From Amoebidium appalachense (Eukaryota > Protista > Ichthyosporea): a stretch of DNA of 64,000 nt. Position 1 is the first letter of the stretch, and each line of letters starts with the position of its first letter. Where the stretch lies: positions 1,049,861-1,113,860 of the forward strand of contig CAVNZM010000018.1 in NCBI GenBank assembly GCA_963693365.1, read 5' to 3'. The position numbers and the translations under genes are program-made. Positions 14,092 through 33,707 of the stretch are shown in pieces. The notes beneath the pieces were generated by a model that ran no database searches, was not told the DNA's origin, and worked only from the letters and a program-made list of their open reading frames with translations.

Positions 14092-14854
14092 AGGATGGCA
14101 CAAAATGATGCTGATCAAATGGGTCAACGATGTACACATCGATATCACCCTCCAAGCTGGCGCCTGCCGCCTTGCACTAGGGCTTACTAGTATAGTATGG
14201 CGTACGTAGTGTGTAGCGATAGCTGCCTACTCCGAACCCGTACGCCTCTTAAGACATGCTCTGGATTACCTCAGAGATCCACGCTCACATCCTGCCCCAC
14301 CTCCACGGGCACCCACTCCAAAAAAGTAAGAAGAAGGGATCCGGCAAGGAACACAACTCTAAAAAACGCGAAAGTAACGCAGGGCGCAAGAATTCATCTC
14401 TATGGCGCCTTAGGAAACTTTCCTTATGCTCAACCACTTTCATCTAGAACACATCGGAAAGATGGCAAGCTTTAGCAGATCGTCTGCCCTTGGAACGTGC
14501 CAAAGAGCCCGTTCTTGGACACCCTTCGCGGGTTCGCCTGTGTAATAAAAATTAAGGCGGACGCTCATACGGAAATACGAGAATAGCTTAGTGAGCGGGG
14601 TGATCACGAGATGATGAGGAAGGGGTTAAAGAGAGAGACCTACTGGTGAAAAAGCGACGCAACATGCAAGTTGCGAACGATTTGCCCAGCGGTGATGCGG
14701 AAGATGAGTCTTTGAAAGCCGAAAACAAAAGAACAAGACGTTGGAAGGGGGAGGGGGTGGGGGAAGGCAAGGGAGGGGGGGGGAGGGGGGGGGGGGGAAG
14801 GGTGGGAGATAGAGAGAGAGAGCGAGAGAGAGAGAGAGGGGGGGGGGGGGGGGG

Positions 14855-14886
<32 letters not shown>

Positions 14887-14915
14887 GAGAGAGTGAGAGA
14901 GAAAGCTTGGGGGAG

Positions 14916-14949
<34 letters not shown>

Positions 14950-15003
14950 ATTGTCCTCCTACCACTTCATTATTTCATGATTTTTGAACTTAAAAACTTC
15001 GTT

Positions 15004-15095
<92 letters not shown>

Positions 15096-15148
15096 GAGTG
15101 AGTGAGAGGGAGAGGGAGAGAGAGAGAGTCTGTGTGTGTGTGTGTGTG

Positions 15149-15188
<40 letters not shown>

Positions 15189-15235
15189 GTGTAAACTAAT
15201 CGACATGAAAGGAGGGAGCCTGGGGGAAATGGGTG

Positions 15236-15317
<82 letters not shown>

Positions 15318-15627
15318 TTTCGAGGGAGGGAGGAGGGAGAGAACATGTAGGAAGGGGGGGGGGGGATGCTGAGGAAGGTCGAGAACGAACAGGAAGGGAA
15401 GGCATTGGTGTGTGAAGGCGAGAGAGGGGGGGGAGGAAGGGGGGGGGGGGATATGAGCGTGGCGAAAGGGTAAGGAGGTGGGGGAGGGGGGGGGGGGGGG
15501 GGGGCTCGGGGGAGGGTCAGAGAGTAAGGAGGGGGAAGGTCTTGGTGTCACGTGTGTGTGTGTGTGTGTGGGGGGGGGGGGGGGCTGACGGAGGGACGGA
15601 GAGTACGGAGAGGGAATGTGCGTGTGT

Positions 15628-15658
<31 letters not shown>

Positions 15659-16208
15659 GGGGGGATATAGGGGTTGCTGAGGGCCGAGGCGGCAGAAAGG
15701 GTACCGAGACAGGGAAGGGTAGGGGAGGGGAGGAGGAGGGAAGAGTTTGTGCGTGTGTGTGTGGGGGGGAGGCGGGGGAGCGGGGGGGGAGGGGGGTAGG
15801 GGGAAGGGAGAAATGCCCGGGAAAGGAAGGAGACCTCTTCAGTATCATATGTTGGCGCTGATTTAAATTGATGCCACAGTTGGTCAACATTCATTTATAG
15901 ACTATTATTGTTTAGGTAACACAGCATTCATTCTACCTTTCGTTATTAGTGACAGTCTATAATAATCCACTGAGTAGTAACTTCCCAACCGTAATACAAC
16001 CCTACAACTCAGGTTGAAGATGGCCCCTCCTGTTTTGAGATCCCTTAGAATCGCCCCATATTTCGTTTTGAGCTCAGCTCCCGCGTCCGTACTCAAGTAT
16101 GCTTGGAGAGCTTTGTGATCAGTTCAAACATTTTTCCACCGGCCTAAAGTTGTGTGCGCAAGCTCTCTCTTTCTCTATTTAGCCTCAATAAAGGCAGCTT
16201 TGGGTTAT

Positions 16209-16241
<33 letters not shown>

Positions 16242-16315
16242 ATCTCTCTCACCCACTCCTCCCACCCCCTTTCTCACCTTCCTCCTGTATATGTACAGCT
16301 TGTTGGTCCTGAGCC

Positions 16316-16600
16316 TTAGCAACACTTTGCCACAGGCATTGACTGGAACTTTTTCATGGGCACCCCACCAACACGCAGCCAAACACATGCAAAAGAAGTT
16401 TTTAGGTCCACGATGGTAGAAAGATCTTTGGCAAACCAGCCACCTGTTTGCGTCCTACTGCTGTTTTCACCTTGCCACTGCATGAAAGCCTGATGCAGAA
16501 AGCACATGACATCCATAGCCACTATCTTCTCATTTATATCTGTACGTTCTGTTTGCTCCAAACCCAGTCGATAAAAGGTGTATTGCCGATGATGAATTGT
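16316..16600 (-). pseudogene. Possible degenerate XPG/Exo1 (PIN-like) nuclease N-terminal fragment
   Basis: IGNTPFIDWV then, after a frameshift, KIVAMDVMCFLHQAF resembles the Exo1/FEN1 N-terminal 'VAVD..CWLH' motif. Stops and frameshifts follow. Weak similarity only. Confidence 0.2.
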
Positions 16601-17139
16601 TTCGACTAGATCTTATCTATCTTATGAACTACCTCACTAACTATGTCCCTTTGGTAGCAACTGTTGAACGCATAGACAAACATATAAAAGTGTCTCAGGG
16701 TCCCCGTCCGAGTATGTGTTCGCTTTGTGCTGTTCTGGTTACTACGGGCTCTTACTAGTGACCTAGTATATAACAAACGCAAAACCTTTTTTCGCTCGCA
16801 CTTCTGCCTGGGAGAAACAGGCTTCAAGCGGAAAGCTGCTAACAAGGCAGATTTCGGGACCAATCGAGTGTTTGCGCAATCACGCTGATCTCTATTCCAC
16901 GTGTTCATTTCGCCAGGTTCGGCTGGCTGGATCTCTCTAGAGCGAAGCAAACACATTGAGATTCTCAATTAGTAAATCTAAATTCGTCTATAACCAACAC
17001 AAGTACACACACACTTACAACCTACAGGGGGTGCAAGTTCAGAAACAGATTATTGTGGAAGGCCTAACAGGCACACGCGCCGTATCTACACCCACACACA
17101 TACGCACTCGTAGCCTGTGTGACAGCTGAAACCATCACC

Positions 17140-17255
17140 ATGAACAACCTTGCGCTTATCGAGCAGGAGATGCAGATCGATGCCCTGACCGGCATGTTCA
17201 ACAAGTGAGTGGCCAGGGGGGAGGGGGGAGGGAGGAGGGTATAAGGAAAGGGCTT

Positions 17256-17331
<76 letters not shown>

Positions 17332-17606
17332 GGTGTGGGTGTGGGTGTGTGGGTGGGTGTGTGGGTGTGTGTAGGGGGTGGGTGGGTGGTGGTGGTGGTG
17401 GTGGTGAGGGTTAGGGAGGGGGTGGGGTGGGGTGGGGGGGCAGTGGGGGGGGGGGGATAGGCTTACTGAGAACGGTGAGAGGGTTGGGCTGGGTGAGGAA
17501 GGGAGTAGGAGGGAAGAGAGTGGTCGGCGGAAGAGGGAACGGACGGTGGTGCTGCAGTGGGCATATGGGGGGGAGGAGAGGAGAGGGAGGGAGGGAGGGG
17601 CAGGAT

Positions 17607-17665
<59 letters not shown>

Positions 17666-18576
17666 GGGGGTGGTTGGGTGTGGGGGGAGGGGGGGGGGGG
17701 ACTTGAAGAGAGTTATGTGAGGCATGGATAGTGAGGCAAGTGAATCGGTGCTGGCAGCAATAACCCACGTGCAACATGTGTAGCCGTGTGTGCCGTGCTA
17801 TGTGCTTGCATAGTTGATTTTTAGGCAAAACCTTGCTTGGTTTCTTGCTTGCGTGGCGTGTGGTGTCTGCTAGTGTGCATGTGCCTGGTGTATGCCCATT
17901 CGCCTGTGCTTGTGCCTGTGTGAGCGAGGGGGGACTCTTTTCCTTGTGTACTTTGTGTCTATAGCGGCTCTGTTATGGGGTACGTCTGTTGCTTGGCTGG
18001 AAGCACGTGGTGCCTGTACGTGGCTGGCTGGCTAATCCGTGTGGGTTGGGGTCAAGGAGGGGCACGTGATTAGAGGACGGGTGTGTGTGGCTGTGGCTGT
18101 GTGTGTGTGATCCATGTGCTCCTGCCTCTGTGTGTGCTCGAAGGTGGAGAGTGGAATGATAGATGAGACAGTGTCAGTTATGGTTGTTTTTGTCGTGTTT
18201 TTGGTGTCTGTATGGGAGAGGTGTGTGTATGGTGTGTGGGCCTCGGGTGGTGGTGGTGGGTGGGGGGGTGGGAGGGTGGGAGGGTGGGTATGGAAGGAGG
18301 GGGGAGGGGGGAGGCGGACGGGGAGAGCAGCGGGTGGATGGTAAGGTAGTGGTTGCCTACCCTTGGCAGGGAGGTGGTCGAGGGCAAGTGAGTGTCATGG
18401 TCCTACCCGTTAAATTTTAGTGTTTGGGAAAAGGGATAGAAAAGAAAAAAGGTTGCTACTTGTGGCAGAGGGTGGCCTGTCAACAGCGGTTTGTGTGGGG
18501 CTGAGAGGGGGAGGGGGAGGGGTTTGGGGGGGGGGGGGGGGGCCGCTTTTTAATCTCTTCCTTTTTTGGGTTCGGG

Positions 18577-18615
<39 letters not shown>

Positions 18616-19111
18616 AATGGACCAAGAAAATGTTTTGGGAGGTGAAAGTGGGTGGAGTGTGTGCACAGGTACACAAACGTGGCTGCAGGCTAGGAAGGAT
18701 GGGGGAAGGTGTGTGTGTGTGGGGGGTGGGGGAAAGTGATGGGGAGGGTGTGCATGTTCGCAGGAGGCACACGAGGGGCCCGTGTGTGTGTGCGTGCGTG
18801 TGTGGCACACAAGGGACCTGCACCTGCATGTATGTCTCTGTGCCTGTGTGTGTGTGTGTGTGTGCGTGTGTGTGTGTACGTGTGTGTGTGCTCGTGGTCT
18901 CGCTGTGTATGTGTGCTGACTGTTTGGGTGCAGCCTTGTGGAGTCGTGCCAGAAGAAGTGCATCCCGGGCAAGTACGGGGACGGAGACCTGACCAAGGGG
19001 GAGAGTGTGTGCCTGGACAGGTGTGCAGCCAAGTTTGTGGAGACCACGGAGAAGGTCAGCATGCAGTTCCAGCAGATCATGCAGGCACAGGCACAGGCCA
19101 TGCAGCAATAG
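17140..19111 (+). CDS. TIMM10: Mitochondrial intermembrane-space chaperone Tim10 (exons 17140-17204, 18934-19111; 80 aa)
   Basis: Spliced product [69 protein letters not shown]... has the twin CX3C motif and the Tim10 signature [13 protein letters not shown]. Phase-2 intron AA|gtgagt...ctgac...cag|C; 243 nt in total. Confidence 0.95.
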
Positions 19112-19734
19112 CACGGCCATGCAAATACACACACACACACACACACGCACACACACACAGGCACAGGCACAGGCACAGGCACACACACACACATGCACAG
19201 ATACCCACCTACTCTATGAATAGTATGGGTGACGGGCGCAAACATCACACTCACATACTGTATGGTTTAAGGGAGAGGCACACACATACAGATAAACATT
19301 CGTGAGAGTGCACACCCATCCACCCCAAGCCTTTGTATACTATTGGGCATGAGCATTGCTAGTACGGCCGTGAACACGAGGTACCACAAAGGATATGCAA
19401 CAGATTTCATGGGCACACAATAGTGTGATGGTATGCTATGCGGATTAAAGCACACCAGTAGGGCGCACAGATGAAACACAGGCAAAATGCTGGCCTACAT
19501 GGTATGTCTGGGACATGACAGATGCACGTATTCTTTAATAATTAAACAGCACACGGCACTGGGGGCCAGCCACCTGAGTCTGCAAGTGTGGTTAAAGAAA
19601 CTGGGTGATTCATCACGGTTAAAGAAACTGAGTATCCAATGCCTTGATGGTCCCGTTAAAGGCATCCGGCAGGGCCCATGTTGGGTCCAGGCCGAGGGCC
19701 TGTTCGGTCAGGGGGAGCACAGGGCTGGGGGGTT

Positions 19735-27566
<7,832 letters not shown>

Positions 27567-28145
27567 GGTGCCTGCTGCTGTACGTGTATATGTGCCTGTG
27601 GCAGTGCTTGTGCGTGCACACAGTCTATCAATGCTACTGATATTGGCCCGCTGAAGGCTGGCAGCCTGGCCTGTCGTGCTTGTGCCTACACCTGCCCTAG
27701 GTTTAGAAAACAAATGTGTCTAGCTGTCGCAACACCTCTTTTTCAGTGAAGGAATGCCACGTAATGTCGCTTCAGTATGCAGAAGGGCTCCGGACGCTTC
27801 GTGAAATCAAGAGAAAACCATCAGAACTACCTCAGAAGTTTAGAAGCTTAGCACACTACATAGTACTGTGGGTGGGGCACTGTGCTAGATGTTGTGGTGT
27901 GTGCCACTGGCAGCCTCCGACTCCGCTGGTTCCCAAACCACGAGCTTGGGGGATTTAGTGAACCAATTAGCAATCAGCTTCGCACATTTCTGTTTGCGCA
28001 ACCACCTATTTATAGTAATTGTGCGTGAACGACGCAAGTCACCGCCTTTAGTGTTCACTCGTGCTATCATCCTGACGGCTATGTAGGCACAGAGTAGGGG
28101 TGGAGTAATTGCACAGGCAGCACGTATGCGGGTGGGCGGGGCAGG
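27567..28145. promoter_or_regulatory. Putative bidirectional promoter between divergent TFB1M and ARL2
   Basis: The start codons (27566 on -, 28146 on +) are separated by only 579 bp of microsatellite-free sequence. No specific element was identified. Confidence 0.5.
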
Positions 28146-28853
28146 ATGGGCCTGCTGACTATCCTCAAGAAGGTGCACAGGAAGGAGAGAGAGGTGCGCC
28201 TGCTGATGCTGTATCCTGCCTGTATGCGTGCCTGTGCCTGTGCTTGTGTCCGCACACCCCTGTCTGGGCCTGTTCATTTGGAAGGGGTGTGGGTGGGGGA
28301 AGGGGGGGGGGAGGAATTGGGGCGAGGGGGGAGGGGAAGAGGTTAAATGCTTGGATTTATCCAGCAACGCCTCGTTTTTGATTCCCTTGCATGAGCGTGC
28401 AGGCAGAACATTGCAGCGCTGGCACCTTCACGATTGTTTTCAAAGCAAACACCCTGCCTGCTTTCCTGCCTGCCCTATGCACTGTCCCGTGTACTCCTTA
28501 ACTCCTACAGGGGGCTAGATAATGCCGGCAAGACGACCATAGTCAAGAAGTTCAATGGGGAGGACATCAGCACAATATCTCCCACCCTCGGCTTCAACAT
28601 AAAGACCTTCGAATTTATGGGGTAAGTGCTTATAAGCAGAGGTTGGAGGGGAGGGGGGGGGGGGGAGGGGGGGGGGGGGGGGGGGGAGCGGGAGACAATT
28701 TTGGAGAAACCTGTGAGGGGTGAGGGGTGTAGGGGGATGTGGTGCAGGGCATGTGTGGGTGGAGATAGCACATCGACGGTCCTGTATGCCTCTGGTTGGG
28801 TGGTTGTCGGGAAGATGTCCTTGTGTAGTGTGTGTGTGTGTGTGACTTGCTTT

Positions 28854-28884
<31 letters not shown>

Positions 28885-29068
28885 GGGGGGGAGGTGGGGG
28901 GAAATGTATGGGTTATGTGCGTGCGTTTTTGCCTGCGTGTGTGCTCCAGTGCGTGGATGGGTAAATTTCGGTGTATGTGTCAGTAATGGGGCGGGTGCGC
29001 CTGAATGTATGTAGTATGTACCAGGCCTAACTCTGTTGTACTCTGTATGTGTTGGCATACCCACACGC

Positions 29069-29105
<37 letters not shown>

Positions 29106-29548
29106 TGTGTGTCTGTGTGTGCATGTGTATGCAGGTACAAGCTCAACATCTGGGACGTGGGGGGTCAAAAGAGTCTACGGTCGTATTGGCGCAACTACTT
29201 TGAGTCTACTGACGGTTTGGTGTGTGGCCCCTCCGTGTGTGTGTGTGTGTGTGGGAGGGGGGGGGGGGGGGGAGGGGGGGGGGGAGGGGGGAGGGGGGGG
29301 GGGGGAGGGGGGAGGGGGGGGGGGGGCGGAGAAGAAGATAGGATCGATCGAGAGAGGGGGGGGAAGGGGGGGGGGGGGGGGGGGGGGGGGGGAATCATTG
29401 GGCAAGTAAGTAGTGGGAGGCACCAGATTATGGTACTGCATGGAGACTGTGCGGATTTAGGGAGTGAAGGGTGTTCTATAAGTTTCAAGGGTTAGCAATA
29501 TAGGATTCAGAAGGAGGGAGTGCCGGGGAAAGGGGGGAGGGTGTGTGT

Positions 29549-29580
<32 letters not shown>

Positions 29581-32234
29581 GTTAACTGTTCAGAGCCTGA
29601 GTGTTTGTGGCTGCAGGTGTGGGTGGTGGACAGTGCGGACAGGGCAAGGCTGGGTGACTGCAGAGAGGAACTGCATGCCCTGCTGAGGGAGGAGGTGGGG
29701 GCAGACATGCACATGCTTTTTCACGTGCATACACATGCAGGCACAGACAGGCACATACAGGCACGGGCACGTACAGGCACATACATGCAGGCACATGCAG
29801 GCACATCCATGCAGGGACAGACAGGCACATACATGCAGGCATAGGCACAGACAGGCGCACAAATGCAGGCACAGACAGGCACATACATGCAGGCATAGGC
29901 ACAGACAGGCGTACAAATGCAGGCACAGACAGGCACATACATGCAGGCATAGGCACAAACAGGCGCACAAATGCAGGCACAGACAGGTACATACATGCAG
30001 GCACACACATGCACACACAGGCACCTACAGGTGCAGGCATAGGCACATGCAGGCACAGACATAGGCACAGGCACAGGCAGGCACATAGGCATCCAGGCAT
30101 AATACACAGATTCATAAGCACCACGTGCAGGTTTACGGGCACACATGCACACAGGATACACAACTACGCACACACAGGCGCAAGCACACTGCATGCAGAT
30201 GCACAAAGGTATGCAGGCAGATTTACATACTGACAGAAATGTACAATCACGAAGACACACACACACACGTGTGCAGACACACGTGCACACACACACATGC
30301 CTCTCCACATGTGTCCACATGCATTTGGTTGTACCTCTGGTGGGTTGTGGAACCGCCTGTTGTGTCCGATCTGTTCTTCCTAAGTAGTCATTCTGCTGCA
30401 GCCTCCCCCCCCCCCCCCCCCCCCCCGTTTTTTTTTTTTGGTGATTGTCGTTTTTTCTGGTTTTTGTATTTATTTGACGTTTTGTCTTCTTTTGAGTTTA
30501 TCGCTTCCATAAATCCAACCCTCTAATGCACACATTTCCCCCCCCCCCCCCTCCCCTTCCCCCTCCCTCCCTTCCCAACACAAAACTGTGTTCGTGGAGT
30601 CGCCCTACCACCTTCTCCCGCCTGTTCATGTTGGCCTGCTTGGCTCCTGGATTTCCAAGTTGGTTTTTGCACCTTTAGTGTTTGTGCATGCATGTGTGTC
30701 TGCACACGTGTATACACTTGGAGGGGTGCAGGCACACACGTGCATGGTGGGTGGTTGTGCATGCATATGGACGGATGCAGGCACACACGTGCATGGTGCG
30801 TGTTGGTGCTGACTGTTGCCATGCAGAGGCTGGCCGGGGCATCCCTGCTGGTGTTTGCCAACAAGATGGACCTGCCTGGTGCCCTGAGTCTAGACGACAT
30901 CAGCCAGGTGCGTCGTGCTAAAGACTGCATGTACACAAGTATGAAAGTAATGCTATTAGGCCATGCATGTACACTAATAGAACAATAATAAGATTCGACC
31001 ATGCGCACACAAAAAGGTAACGATAATTTATTGCGGCCCTGCATGCCACACTTCCACAAAAGGATATTTTACCAGGCATGTACACTGACATTAGACCATG
31101 TATGCATGCACACCAACACAGTGATATCGGTATATCGTGCATGCACACCAATGTTAGACTATGCATGCATGGTGTATGCATGCTAGGCCATGCATGCACG
31201 CACAGTAGACCCCCTCCCCCTCCCCCCCCCCTCCCCTCCCCCCTTCCTTTCTACTCTGATATTCCGCCACGGTCTCCTTCCACCCTTGTTACTTGCAGCT
31301 GTGCACTTCCCCCCCTCCCCCCTCCCTCTCTCCCCCCTTCCCCTTAGGCCTTCCCTGAGAATGGGCTCTGCTTCTCATGCATACTCTTTTTGTGCGGTTT
31401 GCACTTTGCATTGTGTTGTCCGTTATGAGTGTATGCTTCCTACTCAATAACACATTCTAACTCCCCCCCCCCCCCCTGAGGATGGGCTCTGCTTATGACG
31501 CATACTGTGCACATGGCTGATGTTGCATACTTGAATGTTTGCCTTTGCATGTGTCCTGCACCATGCTTCTCGTCGTGTATGCGTACTTTGTACCGTGTTC
31601 CGCATTCAAAACCCCCCCAGTCTTCTTTCAGAGGTGTCCTTTCAGGACAGACCACTGTGTGGAGACCGCTTTACTTCCATGCAACCGGGCATGGTTGCTC
31701 TGTGTCGTGCATCTGTAAGCACATACACATTTTTCGCTGCACTGCATTAGTTTGCACACACATCTTCACCGTTTTGCTCACCTTGCTTGCATAAGCAACC
31801 CTGCTCGTCTTTGATCAAGACGGGTTGACCCGCCCAAGCTCAGTTGATGCTGCTGTCTGAGTTGGAGTGTCGTATATACGCGGGCTAAGGGGTCGAAACT
31901 CAGACGCAATTGATGACTTGGGTCCTCCCTGAGGATGGGCTCTGCTTATGACGCATACTGTGCACATGGCTGATGTTGCATACTTGAATGTTTGCCTTTG
32001 CATGTGTCCTGCACCATGCTTCTCGTCGTGTATGCGTACTTTGTACCGTGTTCCGCATTCAAACCCCCCCCCCCCCCCCCCCCCCCCCCTCCCCTGCAGG
32101 CTCTGGGACTTGAGAGCATAGTGAGCCACACGTGGCAGGTGATTGGCTGCAGTGCCGTGACCGGCAGCCAATTGCTGGAGGGCATGCAGTGGCTGGTGCA
32201 GGACGTGGCCCAGCGCACCCTCATGCACACGTAG
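28146..32234 (+). CDS. ARL2: ADP-ribosylation factor-like GTPase 2 (exons 28146-28210, 28511-28621, 29135-29219, 29617-29694, 30827-30907, 32100-32234; 184 aa)
   Basis: [54 protein letters not shown]...[23 protein letters not shown]...[20 protein letters not shown]...CSAVTG. Exons sum to 555 nt with all phases consistent. Confidence 0.97.
28211..28510 (+). other. U12-type (minor spliceosome) GT-AG intron, ARL2 intron 1
   Basis: 5' end GTATCCTG (U12 consensus RTATCCTT). Branch site TCCTTAAC at 28495-28502, 8 nt before the end of the CAG acceptor, with no long pyrimidine tract. Confidence 0.85.
31477..32061. mobile_element. TRIM-like element: two identical 132-bp TG...CA direct repeats (31477-31608, 31930-32061) around a 321-bp non-coding core
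   Basis: The two repeats read identically (TGAGGATGGGCTCTGC...GTTCCGCATTCA) and sit in poly-C. A diverged solo copy lies at 31356-31461. Partial inverted copies lie at 3494-3579, 5846-5931 and 8185-8270. Confidence 0.7.
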
Positions 32235-32378
32235 CTACATTTGGCATATTGGTCTATTTATAGCACTCTCATGCGCATGTAGCTATAGTTGGCTCCATGA
32301 CCTATTTATAGCACCCTCATGCACACGTAGCTATATTTGGCTCCATGACCTATTTATAGCACCCTCGTGCACACGTAG
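32215..32378. repeat. 48-bp minisatellite overlapping the ARL2 stop codon (3.4 copies)
   Basis: GCACCCTCATGCACACGTAGCTATATTTGGCTCCATGACCTATTTATA-like units start at 32215, 32263, 32311 and 32359. Confidence 0.9.
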
Positions 32379-32571
32379 CCATGGCCTATGTCTGGCATAT
32401 AGACACGCATGGAGTAGGTATGCTATGTGCTATGTGGCACACACTAAAGTAGAGGTGAGGAAAGCGAATAGGCCTATGGAAGTACTCGGATCGTTTTTTG
32501 GGTCCTTTGTCTGTGTGGTGCTTTGTTCCTATTCGTTTATTTATTTTGTTGTCGTATTTTTTTTTTTTTTT

Positions 32572-32621
<50 letters not shown>

Positions 32622-32770
32622 GATTTGTAGATATCTCTAAAGCTAATCTGTTTGCTCTATCTCGCGCACGAAGGTGAATTGATGAATGTGTGCACGGCCC
32701 ACTGGCTGGGCCCTGTACAGCCATGACACTGCTGGCCGGTCTGGTCTCATGCACACCGGGAGGGGGGCGG

Positions 32771-32809
<39 letters not shown>

Positions 32810-32854
32810 TCTATACCATGCCGGAACTAACAAGTTATCAGAGCACGCACACAA

Positions 32855-32953
32855 TCTCTCTCTCTCGCTCTCTCTCTCTAGATCTCTAGATCTCTTTCTC
32901 TAGATCTCTCTCTCTCTCTCTCTCTGTCTGTCTGTCTCTAGATCTCTCTCTAG

Positions 32954-33017
<64 letters not shown>

Positions 33018-33032
33018 GATCTCTAGATCTCT

Positions 33033-33088
<56 letters not shown>

Positions 33089-33169
33089 GATCTCTCTCTC
33101 TCTGTCTGTCTCTCTCTCTCTCTCTCTCTAGATCTCTCTCTCTAGATCTCTCTCTCTCTCTCTCTCTCT

Positions 33170-33206
<37 letters not shown>

Positions 33207-33239
33207 CCCCTCTCTCTCTCTCTCTCTCTAGATCTCTCT

Positions 33240-33271
<32 letters not shown>

Positions 33272-33321
33272 AGATTCTCTCTCTCTCTCTCTCTCTCTCT
33301 AGATCTCTCTCTGTCTGTCTG

Positions 33322-33388
<67 letters not shown>

Positions 33389-33472
33389 GTCTGTCTGTCT
33401 GTCTGTCTGCCTCTAGATCTCTCTCTCTCTAGATCTCTCTCTGTCTCTCTCTCTCTAGATCTCTCTCTCTCT

Positions 33473-33509
<37 letters not shown>

Positions 33510-33517
33510 GATCTCTC

Positions 33518-33568
<51 letters not shown>

Positions 33569-33660
33569 GTCTGTCTCTAGATCTCTCTCTCTCTCTCTAG
33601 ATCTCTCTCTAGATCTCTCTCTCTCTAGATCTCTCTAGATCTCTCTCTCTCTCTCTCTAG

Positions 33661-33705
<45 letters not shown>
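32855..33705. repeat. Long (CT)n microsatellite punctuated by CTAGAT
   Basis: ~850 bp of TC repeat with more than 20 TCTAGATCT-type interruptions and some CTGT units. Confidence 0.95.

Positions 33706-33707
<2 letters not shown>

Noticed and set aside
14234-14275. EPVRLLRHALDYL resembling an endonuclease VII C-terminus
   Set aside because: The required DH...RGLLC..CN core is absent upstream and there is an in-frame stop.
16095-16125. TDHKAL as an LTR-retrotransposon RNase H motif
   Set aside because: It is preceded by a stop, and the flanking residues do not resemble RNase H (no downstream RW motif). It may be chance.
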